A stretch of 64,000 bases of DNA. It comes from an uncultured Parcubacteria group bacterium. GTDB lineage: Bacteria > Patescibacteriota > Patescibacteriia > UBA9934 > CAMTUG01. The position numbers and the translations under genes were made by a program. Under the pieces are notes generated by a model. The model was given only the letters and a program-made list of their open reading frames with translations. It was not told where the DNA came from and searched no databases. Positions 47,483 to 58,236 of this stretch are shown piece by piece; within the stretch, counting starts at the first letter, position 1, and each line of letters starts with the position of its first letter. The stretch is taken from assembly GCA_947084965.1 (NCBI GenBank), contig CAMTUG010000004.1, positions 23,490 to 87,489 on the forward strand, in the 5' to 3' direction.

Positions 47483-48817
47483 TTACACGATGCTGGGTAA
47501 CTGCACGAGCGACGTTTCCCGGCCAAGCAGAAGATCTTCGATGCGGTACGTCCCGTGGGTCGGCGCTTCGACGAGCCCGTTCCAGGCTGCCCGTGCCAGG
47601 CCGCCGGAAGCGATCCAATCAAAGATCCATTCGTTAGCATAGCGCACATCATCTTGCATCACCCCACCGCCAACGTACTTGAGCCAAGTGGCGTTAAATT
47701 GCTCCTGTACTCCGAGCGGATTGCTCATGATGATCGGCAAGCCGAGGGCCGTGTAAAATGCCAGTTCGCTCGGCTTAGTCCATAAAATATCTGTGTCGTG
47801 CAGGGCGTGATTAAACTGAGCAAAATACTCCGCACGATCGTGACTAAAAATAAACTCGACCCCATGTTTGATATTCAACTCTTTGAGCGTCTGTTGATAA
47901 TAACGCAGAACGTCCGAGCGCGTCCCGGCAGATAATCGGATCTTCACCTCTCCACGCTTCAATCGCATTGCCATGCTCTTTAAAATCTCACGCCCGACGC
48001 CACGTTGAGCGCCGGCGCCGCCAACGGCATACAAGATTGTGAGAATATGCGATTTGCGATAGGAACAAGCTGAGGCACCGAGCGTCGCGGCGATCGTTTT
48101 CCTATGACGATCAAGAAAGAGTTCGTTTGGATCCAGGTTGCACAAACGCGCGAGGAGATCATGACGAATCACCGTGCTTCGTTCCCCGCCGATCAACTCT
48201 TTGGGAAGCGGAAAACCGGTGAGATGCAGTTGATTCTCACGGACACCGTAGAGCGCCAGCCGCTCCATCAACCGACCGTTGGCGCACAAGTACTTTATGC
48301 GTGACTGTTTGGAGTCCATCGGCACCCAAGCACGGGCAACGTCTGCATCTGTTGGCACGCACCAGATGTCACCGGGATAGCCATGCACCTCCATAGCAAA
48401 GGCCGGGACAGGATGCGTACAAATGACCGGAAGCGGGTTGACTTCAAGGGTGCGCACCAGGTGCTTGCCAAGCCCATTATGAATCATCCGATATGCCTGG
48501 CGCAAAGCAAAGTTTGCTTTGGACAGATCACGGCGCGGATAAAACTTGGGGATCTCTTCAATCTTGGCGATCGGCGCAAATAAAATACCCCCGACGATCG
48601 GGGTCGTGTGCAGACGCGACATCGCTTCGTACAGTTCGCGCATCTCCTTCCAGGTTTTGCGATCCGACGCTGGAATTCCAGGATAATTGTTACTCGTAGT
48701 TACAACTCCACCAGAAAGGTCCTTAAGTGCGTAAGCCGCGCGGGAATGTCCATACCCCATGTCAACGTCAATGACATGGGCGATCGGGGTTTTAATGCTG
48801 TGGCGATGCTCGGCCAT
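47483..48817 (-). CDS. GT-B glycosyltransferase, GT28-like, tandem paralog
   Basis: About 45% identical to the downstream paralog, same motifs (VIDVDMGYGH ... GVQEQFNA). Confidence 0.45.
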   Translation of the reverse strand: MAEHRHSIKTPIAHVIDVDMGYGHSRAAYALKDLSGGVVTTSNNYPGIPASDRKTWKEMRELYEAMSRLHTTPIVGGILFAPIAKIEEIPKFYPRRDLSKANFALRQAYRMIHNGLGKHLVRTLEVNPLPVICTHPVPAFAMEVHGYPGDIWCVPTDADVARAWVPMDSKQSRIKYLCANGRLMERLALYGVRENQLHLTGFPLPKELIGGERSTVIRHDLLARLCNLDPNELFLDRHRKTIAATLGASACSYRKSHILTILYAVGGAGAQRGVGREILKSMAMRLKRGEVKIRLSAGTRSDVLRYYQQTLKELNIKHGVEFIFSHDRAEYFAQFNHALHDTDILWTKPSELAFYTALGLPIIMSNPLGVQEQFNATWLKYVGGGVMQDDVRYANEWIFDWIASGGLARAAWNGLVEAPTHGTYRIEDLLLGRETSLVQLPSIV

Positions 48818-48855
48818 GCTCTTCAGATACTGTGTTAACTCATGTCATGTTCGAC

Positions 48856-49344
48856 CTATTCTGGAGGGAGGATATTTATACTTTTGGGCAAATCACGATC
48901 ATTAACAGGCACGACTTGGGCCGGTTTTTGATTCACCTCCGAGCGCCATTCAAAGTCGTGATCGTTTCCATGGCGCGGTACAAATGCAGATTTTGGAAAG
49001 ACGTACACGTATGCCGTCCGCCCCTTTACCGAATCCAGCGCCAATTGTGTTGCTGACATCTGGAGCGTCCCATCGTTCGCTTGGCCGAAACTATGCGAGT
49101 CATCACGTACCAAGGCATGAAAAATCGCCATATCTGCATATGGTGTTGTCGCGACAGCCGGAGGACCGTCGTTCTGCTTAACATCATCTACCCAAGTAGT
49201 GCCTTGAAAAGGTACAAGTTCAGGAATGTCGGGTTTGTCGGATCCGTGAAAAACAAAATCCCCGGACCTTTCTAGCTCATGAAGAAGCTTTGCCCCCTCA
49301 CCCACCTCGCGAACTTCTGAAAACCCAGTGAATGTTTCTGGCAT
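48856..49344 (-). CDS. hypothetical protein
   Basis: ORF only. Confidence 0.3.
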   Translation of the reverse strand: MPETFTGFSEVREVGEGAKLLHELERSGDFVFHGSDKPDIPELVPFQGTTWVDDVKQNDGPPAVATTPYADMAIFHALVRDDSHSFGQANDGTLQMSATQLALDSVKGRTAYVYVFPKSAFVPRHGNDHDFEWRSEVNQKPAQVVPVNDRDLPKSINILPPE

Positions 49345-49423
49345 AGATTCTAAATGTTTGATGCCAGTATTTTACCATAAACAAAAACTCCTGCCGTAGC
49401 AGGAGTTTTTGGTGCCGGCTCGA

Positions 49424-49672
49424 TTACTCGCGAGGAGCTTTCGGGCGGGCGACATCGAGGTGGATCGGGCGTCCATCGATTTCGGTGCCATCGAGTTCAG
49501 AAATTGCTTTCTGAGCTTCTTCGGCGGTCGAAAAAGTGACGAACCCGAAACCCTTCTTCATTGGGACGTACACGTCGGTCACGGATCCAACGCCAGCAAA
49601 GTGGTCGCGGACCATGTCCTCGGTTGCGCCGAATGAGAGGTTCCCGATGAACAGACGATTTCCGTTGTCCAT
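49424..49672 (-). CDS. RRM-domain RNA-binding protein
   Basis: RNP-2 LFIGNL and RNP-1 KGFGFVTF. Confidence 0.75.
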   Translation of the reverse strand: MDNGNRLFIGNLSFGATEDMVRDHFAGVGSVTDVYVPMKKGFGFVTFSTAEEAQKAISELDGTEIDGRPIHLDVARPKAPRE

Positions 49673-49768
49673 AGTTCGGTAATAGGGTCTTTGGCTCCGG
49701 CATCGAACGAGGAAATCGTCGATCGGTGGCTTAGGTACCCGGTGAATTATGGCCACAGTGTAACACGA

Positions 49769-50827
49769 TCAACCCTTTTTGTCAACGGCTGGACCTGTTT
49801 TCACGTCAATCAGGCGCTTTTTAGCCACTTGGAGTAATTCCCGCCCGCCGTGGACGATACCGGCCGTGACGAACAACGCATCACGCAAACGGATAATGAG
49901 GACAAGGGCAACGGCATTAATCGGAATACCAAGCAAAGCAAAGATCGCCGTATTCCCTGCTTCTAGGAACCCAAGCCCAGACGGAACCGGGATCAGCAGG
50001 GCGAGCCCAGGGATCGTTGCTGTCAGGAACGCCTGACCAAAGGTAATATCCACCCCGAGGAAATGAGCGATGAATAATTGTTCGACCGCTTTAAACGAGG
50101 TCATCACGAGCGAAAGGAAAAGAAGCCAGATAAGGATCAGCGGTTTCTTTCCCATGAACTTGGTCATCTCCCCTTCCATGCTCAGAATCCAATGGTCGAA
50201 CTTCTGCAGACGCTTAATGCGATCAAGGCGCAAAACACGAATCGCCGTGCCAAAAAATCCTTTACCCGTCACCGTGGCGTAATAAAACGCCGCCATGATG
50301 AGGGCGATGCTGCCGAGCATCACGATCGCGAGAAGCTTTAAATTTCCAAGGGCAACCCCTTCAGTCACCGCCAGAACAACCCCAAGGCCAACAAAGAGAA
50401 TAAATGCCACCAATTCAAATGCGATATCAATGATCACTGAGCTTGTGGCTCGATCCGTTGACACGCCGTCTTTGGCAAGAAGCGCCACCCGAATCGGCTC
50501 ACTCCCAACAAAAGAAAGTGGCAAAAGATTCACCCCAGCAAAGCCAGACATACGGTGCATGTACAGCCGCCAGAATCCGATCCGCTGCGACTTGGGCTGG
50601 CCGTCGTTCACAATGTATTGCCAACGATAGGTGTACAAAGCGAAGTTCACGAGAGAAATCGTCACGAATCCACAAAACGGAAGAAGCCCGAATCCGATGA
50701 TCGTCGAAAGTACCGTGTCGACCCCCTCCCGCGCGACCAGAACGCCAAAAATCGTTGCTCCAACGAGAAAGAGCAGAACAAGAAGGATCGCTTGCCGAGT
50801 GGTCGTGCCAAGAACGTTCATAGGCAT
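49769..50827 (-). CDS. flippase-like / lysylphosphatidylglycerol-synthase TM-domain family membrane protein
   Basis: About 8 TM helices, UPF0104-like. Confidence 0.5.
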   Translation of the reverse strand: MPMNVLGTTTRQAILLVLLFLVGATIFGVLVAREGVDTVLSTIIGFGLLPFCGFVTISLVNFALYTYRWQYIVNDGQPKSQRIGFWRLYMHRMSGFAGVNLLPLSFVGSEPIRVALLAKDGVSTDRATSSVIIDIAFELVAFILFVGLGVVLAVTEGVALGNLKLLAIVMLGSIALIMAAFYYATVTGKGFFGTAIRVLRLDRIKRLQKFDHWILSMEGEMTKFMGKKPLILIWLLFLSLVMTSFKAVEQLFIAHFLGVDITFGQAFLTATIPGLALLIPVPSGLGFLEAGNTAIFALLGIPINAVALVLIIRLRDALFVTAGIVHGGRELLQVAKKRLIDVKTGPAVDKKG

Positions 50828-50883
50828 AGTGTATCAAAACAAAAGGAACGGAGCACATAGCCCCGTTCCCCTTTGCTTGTCGA

Positions 50884-51165
50884 TTAAAGGACAGCGTCCT
50901 TTGCCGCTTTGGCAACACGGAACTTGACGACCGTCTTGGCTGGGATCTGGATCGTTTCGCCGGTCGCTGGATTGCGGCCCTGGCGTGCGGCACGGTGCAC
51001 TTTGACGAGCTTACCGATGCCAGCAACGACGAATTCCCCGCTTCCTTTGACCTCTTTATAAGCCATTTCAACAAGGGCGTCCATAAATTCGCCGACCTGC
51101 TTCTTGGTCATACCGGTCTTTTCCGCGAGCGACTGGAGCATCTGGGACTTGGTCATCTTTGCCAT
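50884..51165 (-). CDS. hup: HU family DNA-binding protein
   Basis: Motifs GIGKL...RNPATGE...KFRVAK. Confidence 0.85.
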   Translation of the reverse strand: MAKMTKSQMLQSLAEKTGMTKKQVGEFMDALVEMAYKEVKGSGEFVVAGIGKLVKVHRAARQGRNPATGETIQIPAKTVVKFRVAKAAKDAVL

Positions 51166-51226
51166 ACGAGTAAACGTTAATGATTCTGGGGATTAGTATA
51201 ACAGGGGGCCTATTTCTTGGGAAGAT

Positions 51227-54200
51227 CTAGCGTCTAGCCGTCGCCTGCATCGCCGCTTTGGTCGCTGCCCAGTCCGCGGCACTCTCTGCCGGGATCTTGA
51301 CATTATTTTCAACGTCCTGAATAGCGATCGAAACGATCCTTTCAGGGGTGTCGTGCCCTAAAACGTTCGGATTTGGGGCATAAGACCTTACCGGGTCTTC
51401 CACCGCACGCATCATCCCCGCCAGTTCTTTTTCTCGTGTTGCGATCAGTTTGGAAACTTGGCGTACAAACCGCCCATCTCCCGCGCTCTGATCAAGAACC
51501 GTGCGCCCCTCGAAGTTGTGCAAGGTCGCACGTAGTGCCGCAACTTCCCGCTCGCGGGATGATGCTTCGGCCAACAGCATCGCTTCTTGTTCTGGCGTGT
51601 ACTTATCTGCCGGGAAATCGATCGCCCCTTCTGCCTCTCTAGAAACCTCAGTGATCGCCGCAGCTTCGGCGGTTGCAGGAACTTCTCTGTACGTACCAGC
51701 CCAAGGATCCTCTTCGATCTTCATCCACGGACTTCCAGGGGCGATCGGCACTTCACGCGTTCCAGGGATAAATTCCACAGGTTTGGAAGCGATCTCGTTC
51801 CATGTGGCGATACGTTCCGCTTGTTGTGCGTCAAATTCCGCTTGTGTCATTGGCTCTCCGGAATCGGTCTGAGCCAGTGGTGCACCCCCTTCACTGGCGC
51901 CAAGCGATGAAGCATCTGCACCCCCTCCGGTCACCGTTGTCGATTCTCCCGTCGCTCCTGGGGCTGCAACGGCCTCTGGCTCCCCCTCAATCGGCTTCAT
52001 CAAGAATCGTGACGATTCTTCCGGCGAAAGGACGCTCCCATCTTTCAGGTCAATAAAACGCACGTGATACTCCCCATCTGCCTTCGTCAACACGACCGCG
52101 GCATTTTCAACCGATCCCTTATTCAACCAAGCGTCTGACATCCCGTTTGCATCAGCGATTTCAAACGCCTTTTTCATGGCAAACAGATGGACCGCACCTT
52201 GGTTGTTTAAGTCACCTTTGAATCCCATTGCTTGAAGCTGAGCGCTGTCGAGCTGTTCAATCTGACGGGTCAGAACGGTCGTAATACCGTCCCCACCTTT
52301 AACTTCTGAAACAACACGCAATACTTCTGACTTCGCAAGAGCAACGGTCTCCCCGCCTTTAAGATTGACGTTCAATTCCGTGTCCGTCACCGTTGCACTT
52401 CCGCCTTGTTCTACTGTGGCGGCGACAACAGCTTCGCCTGAGTCGGCAGGGGCGGCAGTGGCAGCAGCTTCGGCTGGCGCCTCTGCGGCTGGCGGCGCGG
52501 CGGACTCAACCGGAACTGGCGGCTCAAGCGGCGGAGCCTCTGTTCCTGCCGGTGGCGCTTCAAGATCGCTGGACAGAGCAGGTGCTGGAGCATCAGGATG
52601 TGCGGCGCTTTCCGCGCCGCTCGGCTCGGCACCCTCGAACGCCTTGGCAAGATCTGCCGCCGACGGCGAATGACCAGATTCTGCAAAACTCGCGACCAAA
52701 TCGGAGATGCGATCAGCACTGATCACACCTAAGCTGACATATTTCAATCCTGTTCCAACGACAGCGGCCTTGCCGAGCTTGCCTTGTGCCCAGAGAGTCT
52801 TAAGTTCTTTGAAGCCACGAGTAAATGACTCGCCGGCATCTTTTGCCATCCGTGTCGCAGTTGCATTGTCGAATTCGCCCTTGGCCGTGCGCTCGTACTG
52901 AATCTGTTGATAACGATCCCAGAACTGCCCGACGCTAAACGAAACTGAACGCGCCGCGCCAGACACCCCCAACGTCCCGAGGAAGAGGATCGTGTTCGCC
53001 GCCTCTTTGCGCATGGAGATATCTCGCTTTGTCCGTTCTAGAGCCTCGTCGAGAATCGCCTCTACGCGCCTATCATACTCGCGATTGGAAAGGACGAGAT
53101 TCCCCATGATCCCCTCCAACTTTGCCGACAATTCAGCTTTCTTGGTGTCAGTCAAATACTTAGATCCGCTGACAGCAGCCTTTGCGGCATCGATCCGTTC
53201 ATCCAGGGACCTCCCCTCTTTTTGCTTTGCTGATTCAAGCAAACGATCGAGCTCCTTTTGAGTGAAATATGCGCGAGTACCCTCAGTCATCGCTCGTGCA
53301 CCAAAAATCGTTCCGGCAACTTCAAGCACTTTGCGTCCGCGCGCCCAGTTAACGTTTTGGGCTAGTTCCTTTTGCTCTGACTCGGTGAGCTCCCCACGAA
53401 CGTAGGCAGAAAAACGCTTGTCCATCTCTTTGATGACGTCCACTGATTCTGACAGGAAACTCTTGGACTCAAAACCCGGAGGTACAGGTGCGGCCGGCGC
53501 GGCTTCTGGCTTTTTGCCTCCAAACCAGCCTTTGACCCGTGCCAACAAACCGAGTTTCTCAGGAGGCGTCGCCGTCCACGCAGCCAGGTCTGCAAGATCC
53601 GCACGACGCTCAGCAATGGCCGCATTCAGCTCACCGAGTTGAGCATACGTAATTTTTCCGTCAACTTCGGCCTGAGTGACAAGCGTCGTCAGCTCATCGA
53701 GACGATGTTCATCTGTGGCAACCCCGATCCCCATCATAAAGGCATCTTGGGCTTTGACCTGCTCCGCTGTAGGCGGAACCGCTGAAAATCGTCTTTCAAG
53801 AAGCGCCGAGGCACTCGAGACTTCATCAGCATGATCTTTGGTCAACGTCCCAGCACTAATCGCGTCAGCAAATTCTTGATTAACCAAATCTAAAGCCGCC
53901 TGATCGGGAGCTGCCGCCACTTTGGCCAGAAGCGCGTCTGCCACACCTCGCGAAGCAACTTCTCCCGAGCGCGCAAGCTCTGCATCAAGCTCAGCTATCT
54001 TTGTTGCAACCTCACCTTCGAGCTGGGCAACAGGGGCATCAGCAACGTTCCACTCTGGCTGCAATCGGGCGATGTCAACCAAAACGGCTCTGGCCTCATC
54101 TGGTGTTTTTGCCTTGTCAATACGGTCGTGAATGCCCGTTATAACCGGTGTAACTAACTCTCCCCATCGAGCATCAATCTGGTCCGCCGCTGCCGTTTTT

Positions 54201-55213
54201 TCATCGTCTGAAATAAGCACACGACCAGCCAATTCAACCAATTTCGTTTCAATAGCCAAAAGATCTGCAAAATTCTTAGCCGCACCAAGATCGCTTAATA
54301 TGCGTTTGATCTGATCGGCCCCGGACTCTACCGTCAGTTTTAACGCATCTTTCCGTGCCCCGATCGCTTTCGTCACTTCACGCGCATCCGTACCAATTAA
54401 TTCGCCTTTGTTAACAAGCTCGGAAAACGCACTCTCTATCGCAGTGAGTTCGTCTGCCGTAGCCGTGGCTAAGCGCCCAAGGAGTTGATCTTTGGCCGCG
54501 CCCGACTCAGCAACTTTATCCACTGAACCGGTAGCCCTGGCCGCGCCAGGATCGGTATCAAGGGTGGGTGGGGCAGAGCTTTTTGCCTTCGTAGCGGCAT
54601 CAGGAGCTTTGGTCGCTGTATCTGGAGAGGGCTTTTCTAGATCAACGATCGATTGCAGACGACGAAGAAATTCGAGACGAGGTTTCCCTGCCAAAACACT
54701 TTCAGCCAAAGAGAGATGCTTCGCCTTTGTACCGGATCTCATCTGTTGAAGCGCATCGTCGATAGCTGCCCTGCGGTCGTCCGGCGAAGTATTTTTACGG
54801 AAGAAGTCGTCGTCCGCGACCATGGCATCAATTTTTGTGTCGGCCGCAGATTTTTCCTCAACAATACTAGGTGCTGCTTCTGCCTCGGCAGGTTCAGGAG
54901 GAGCGGTCGGAGCGGCCTCGGCTTTCGTCGGAGCGGGCAACCCCCCGGACATAATCCGTTCTTTCTCTGTCCTGGCAACTTCAATCATGGTGATATGCGA
55001 AGCAACCTTATCAACCTTCCCTGGTTTAAACTTTGCCTTTAAGGCGTCAGCGGTAATGTCGCCCTTAATAAAGGCGTCAACAAGCGCTTCACGTTCCGGT
55101 TTTGGCGCACTCCAATCGCGAGATCTCAGCAGGTCAGCGCGATGACTTTGGATCGCCGTTTCCGCCTGACCGAGCTCTACTGCAAATATCTCTGCTGGAT
55201 TTTCTCTGTTCAT
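51227..55213 (-). CDS. giant Ala/Glu/Lys-rich low-complexity (coiled-coil-like) hypothetical protein (1328 aa)
   Basis: Long uninterrupted ORF with compositional bias. Confidence 0.5.
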   Translation of the reverse strand: MNRENPAEIFAVELGQAETAIQSHRADLLRSRDWSAPKPEREALVDAFIKGDITADALKAKFKPGKVDKVASHITMIEVARTEKERIMSGGLPAPTKAEAAPTAPPEPAEAEAAPSIVEEKSAADTKIDAMVADDDFFRKNTSPDDRRAAIDDALQQMRSGTKAKHLSLAESVLAGKPRLEFLRRLQSIVDLEKPSPDTATKAPDAATKAKSSAPPTLDTDPGAARATGSVDKVAESGAAKDQLLGRLATATADELTAIESAFSELVNKGELIGTDAREVTKAIGARKDALKLTVESGADQIKRILSDLGAAKNFADLLAIETKLVELAGRVLISDDEKTAAADQIDARWGELVTPVITGIHDRIDKAKTPDEARAVLVDIARLQPEWNVADAPVAQLEGEVATKIAELDAELARSGEVASRGVADALLAKVAAAPDQAALDLVNQEFADAISAGTLTKDHADEVSSASALLERRFSAVPPTAEQVKAQDAFMMGIGVATDEHRLDELTTLVTQAEVDGKITYAQLGELNAAIAERRADLADLAAWTATPPEKLGLLARVKGWFGGKKPEAAPAAPVPPGFESKSFLSESVDVIKEMDKRFSAYVRGELTESEQKELAQNVNWARGRKVLEVAGTIFGARAMTEGTRAYFTQKELDRLLESAKQKEGRSLDERIDAAKAAVSGSKYLTDTKKAELSAKLEGIMGNLVLSNREYDRRVEAILDEALERTKRDISMRKEAANTILFLGTLGVSGAARSVSFSVGQFWDRYQQIQYERTAKGEFDNATATRMAKDAGESFTRGFKELKTLWAQGKLGKAAVVGTGLKYVSLGVISADRISDLVASFAESGHSPSAADLAKAFEGAEPSGAESAAHPDAPAPALSSDLEAPPAGTEAPPLEPPVPVESAAPPAAEAPAEAAATAAPADSGEAVVAATVEQGGSATVTDTELNVNLKGGETVALAKSEVLRVVSEVKGGDGITTVLTRQIEQLDSAQLQAMGFKGDLNNQGAVHLFAMKKAFEIADANGMSDAWLNKGSVENAAVVLTKADGEYHVRFIDLKDGSVLSPEESSRFLMKPIEGEPEAVAAPGATGESTTVTGGGADASSLGASEGGAPLAQTDSGEPMTQAEFDAQQAERIATWNEIASKPVEFIPGTREVPIAPGSPWMKIEEDPWAGTYREVPATAEAAAITEVSREAEGAIDFPADKYTPEQEAMLLAEASSREREVAALRATLHNFEGRTVLDQSAGDGRFVRQVSKLIATREKELAGMMRAVEDPVRSYAPNPNVLGHDTPERIVSIAIQDVENNVKIPAESAADWAATKAAMQATARR

Positions 55214-55222
55214 AGATATTCC

Positions 55223-55546
55223 TTACGCCGTTGCTTCGGCTGCTTTTACTTCTTCTAGCACCTCCGCGAGGCCCGACTGTGCCTGGAGGTTAATCATTGC
55301 CATCTTGGCATCATATTCTACCCTCAACGCTTCGAGCTTGACGCGAAGTTCAGCAAGTTCCGGCATCGCCGACTGCTCCACATACCGTTCCAAGACCGTA
55401 GCGAACTTGAGCATCTGATCCAGAGCCATATGCGGAACGAGCCCGGCCCACGCCTCCTTTTGCTCATCGGACAGATTCGAGGCTACGAGCAACTGGGCCA
55501 TGTACTGTCCGAACCCGCGCATCTCTTCTTGCATGTCGTCGGCCAT
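55223..55546 (-). CDS. hypothetical protein (107 aa)
   Basis: ORF immediately upstream of the giant ORF. Confidence 0.3.
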   Translation of the reverse strand: MADDMQEEMRGFGQYMAQLLVASNLSDEQKEAWAGLVPHMALDQMLKFATVLERYVEQSAMPELAELRVKLEALRVEYDAKMAMINLQAQSGLAEVLEEVKAAEATA

Positions 55547-55608
55547 AGAAAAATATTGTGGAATTTAAGAAAATGGTAGCACTAAAAGACCCAAAACAAC
55601 AGTACAAT

Positions 55609-56820
55609 CTAGGCAACACGGCGTAATCCCTCAAAAAGCTCGGTGAGATCATCCACGTAACGATGCATAGCGTACGGGGCAATCGTTGCGCGAACAGCGC
55701 CAGAATTCGCCCAAAGTCGCTCTTTTTGAGCGTCAAGCGTGCGTAACGTCGAAAGCAGATCCTCCCGCTCGCCAGCGGCAAATAGGTACCCGTTGACCCC
55801 TTCCTGAATCAACTCGGCCACCCCGCCGATGTCAGAGGCAACAACAGGCAGACCGGCCTCAAGCGCTTCGTATATGACGGTCGGTGAATTTTCATAACAC
55901 AAGGACGGGACGACTAGGGCGTCCGCCATCTCGAACAGCTTGATCAACTGGGTCATCGCCAGGTAGCCGACGTAAATAGTGCGCTTGTCCTGGCGAGCCT
56001 TATCCTTCACCCATTTGCCGATCGACCCTTCGCCAGCGATCGACAGCTCCCAGGGAATCTCCAGCTTTTCAAGTCCGTCCATCAAAAAGCGGATCCCTTT
56101 GTGCTCTTCGAGCTGACCGACAAAGAGCAGACGCAGGGGCCCGTTTTGACGCACGGTCCGTTCGATTGACGCCATAATCGGAGCGGGATTGGGCATGACC
56201 GTTACTTCGCTGTGGCAAAAAAACCCGCGCGCCTCGTAAAATTCTTTCAAAAACTTGGACGGAGAGATGACCAGCGTCGGCGAGTCGAACAGGAGGCGAC
56301 AGATCTGGGTGTAGATCCAACGGCCGATGCGCATGCAGCAAGCGCCTTTTTCCCGTCCGGCGATAATCAACCCACTGGGAACCGACAGTTGTACGTCGTG
56401 CACCTGATGGACGTGGGGGATGCCAAGACCGCGGAGAAACAACGGGATCGTCAAGCCGATCCCTTTTAGATTATGTGTCCAAATAACGTCCGGACGCTCG
56501 TGCTTCATCACCTGGCGTACAAAATACCCGTTGAGCGGATTGAACATGTCGATCAGATGCCAGCAGAGGCGGACGAGCGCTGGGTGTCTGTTGTCGCGCA
56601 GCGAGTGATAGACGTTCAACGGAAAAAATCGGTAGACCTGTTCGGTCGCCGTCGTCTCAAGCTTGGGCGTTAACGTCGAAAATCCGCCGAACGGTTTGCT
56701 GGTGACCACGATCACTTCATGGCCGCGGGCCAACAACTCGGTCACCGTCCGAGTAATGACGACCTCCGCCCCACCGCGCGCGTAGGGAGGATATAAATTC
56801 GTCACAATGGCAATCTTCAT
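55609..56820 (-). CDS. glycosyltransferase family 4
   Basis: GT-B fold with EX7E-like C-terminal motif. Confidence 0.65.
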   Translation of the reverse strand: MKIAIVTNLYPPYARGGAEVVITRTVTELLARGHEVIVVTSKPFGGFSTLTPKLETTATEQVYRFFPLNVYHSLRDNRHPALVRLCWHLIDMFNPLNGYFVRQVMKHERPDVIWTHNLKGIGLTIPLFLRGLGIPHVHQVHDVQLSVPSGLIIAGREKGACCMRIGRWIYTQICRLLFDSPTLVISPSKFLKEFYEARGFFCHSEVTVMPNPAPIMASIERTVRQNGPLRLLFVGQLEEHKGIRFLMDGLEKLEIPWELSIAGEGSIGKWVKDKARQDKRTIYVGYLAMTQLIKLFEMADALVVPSLCYENSPTVIYEALEAGLPVVASDIGGVAELIQEGVNGYLFAAGEREDLLSTLRTLDAQKERLWANSGAVRATIAPYAMHRYVDDLTELFEGLRRVA

Positions 56821-56844
56821 AGCACCTCTTCTTTCCTTTTACCT

Positions 56845-57891
56845 CTAACCTCTTTCTTTATAAACCTCAAGAATCCGATCAATAATACCATCCCACGCAT
56901 ATACAGAAAGACAACGCTCCCGTGCTGACCGACCCAGTTTCTCACGAAGGGCACGATCGTTCAACAGCCGATCGATCGCGGTCGCCAACGCTTGCGCATC
57001 GCCAGGCGGGACGAGCAAACCAGTCACTTCGTCCTTCACAACCGTCCGAACCCCCGGCAAGTCCGAGGCAATAGTCGGGATTCCGCTTGCAGCGGCTTCG
57101 AGAGCGACGAGCCCAAACGCCTCCGCCCGAGACGTGGAAGGAAAAAGATGAATATCTGCGCCGCGATAGTATTCCGGAAGGGCCTCGGGACTGACGGCAC
57201 CGACAAACTCCACGTTCTGACGACCACCGAGCGCTTGTGCCGTGGCCTCAAAGCTCGCCCGAAGATTCCCATCGCCAACGATCGTTAATCGCCACGGATT
57301 TTTAATGAGCGGTAACGCCTCGAGTAAAACAGGCAATCCTTTGAAGATGTGCGCAGAGTCGAGGCCGCCAACAAAAATCATCTTTGGAGCTTGATCAACA
57401 CGCTCAGTGTGCTCAGCTGGAGTGAATCGATCCGTGTCGACACCGAATGGAAGCTCGTGCAACGGGAGGGCCTGCATCGTACGCAACGAGCAGTTCGATG
57501 CATAATCTTTCGAGCTGACGAGAATCACGTCTGCCGTGCGGAGAATCCAAGGCTGAAGCAGCTTGCGATGCCAATCAAAGATCATGCCCTTAAACCCTGG
57601 TGCAACGGCATCCATGTGAAACGTGATGACGAGACGATTGATCCACCTGAGCTTTTTTGCAATCGCCACCAGCTCTGCTGTGCCGTAAAAGGGATAGTGC
57701 AGGTGAACGACGTCGTACGCCTTCAGTCGCCACAGCGGGAAAAAAAGTCCGGCGTTCATCACTTTGAACGTCGGGCCGATGACATCAACCGCATGACCGC
57801 GCTCGCGCAAACGCGTCGCATATTCCATCACCGCGGTCGTGATCCCGCTTTTGTAAGGCGGCACCACCGGTGTCAGCATCGCGATCTTCAT
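56845..57891 (-). CDS. glycosyltransferase family 4
   Basis: Motif AFGLVALEAAASGIPTIASD. Confidence 0.65.
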   Translation of the reverse strand: MKIAMLTPVVPPYKSGITTAVMEYATRLRERGHAVDVIGPTFKVMNAGLFFPLWRLKAYDVVHLHYPFYGTAELVAIAKKLRWINRLVITFHMDAVAPGFKGMIFDWHRKLLQPWILRTADVILVSSKDYASNCSLRTMQALPLHELPFGVDTDRFTPAEHTERVDQAPKMIFVGGLDSAHIFKGLPVLLEALPLIKNPWRLTIVGDGNLRASFEATAQALGGRQNVEFVGAVSPEALPEYYRGADIHLFPSTSRAEAFGLVALEAAASGIPTIASDLPGVRTVVKDEVTGLLVPPGDAQALATAIDRLLNDRALREKLGRSARERCLSVYAWDGIIDRILEVYKERG

Positions 57892-57892
57892 A

Positions 57893-58234
57893 CTACTTCT
57901 TTGGTTCCGGTTCCTTGGCGTTATCAATGGCGAGTTTGCGTACTAACTCCGTAAGCTCCTCTCGGGACTTCTCAAGAGCGATCGTATGAGAAAGAGTGGC
58001 AATAAACAGAATCACAAGGGATGAATAGACAACCAAATCTGCACCACGGCCGACCCCAGCGATATTTGCAAGAAAATCCGTGATACCTGGATTCAGAACC
58101 ACAACCACGACAGCCGCAGAAAAAAGCGTGCACACAGAAAGCCAGCTGAAGCTCACTTTCTTTGTCCGATATTGTCCGAAAATCCGCAAAAAGAATGCCG
58201 ATGCAGCGATAATCAAAAGAATTCTAAATAGCAT
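57893..58234 (-). CDS. DUF2304-like small membrane protein
   Basis: Three TM helices; sits immediately upstream of the GT2 gene, which is typical of this family. Confidence 0.45.
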   Translation of the reverse strand: MLFRILLIIAASAFFLRIFGQYRTKKVSFSWLSVCTLFSAAVVVVVLNPGITDFLANIAGVGRGADLVVYSSLVILFIATLSHTIALEKSREELTELVRKLAIDNAKEPEPKK

Positions 58235-58236
58235 AC

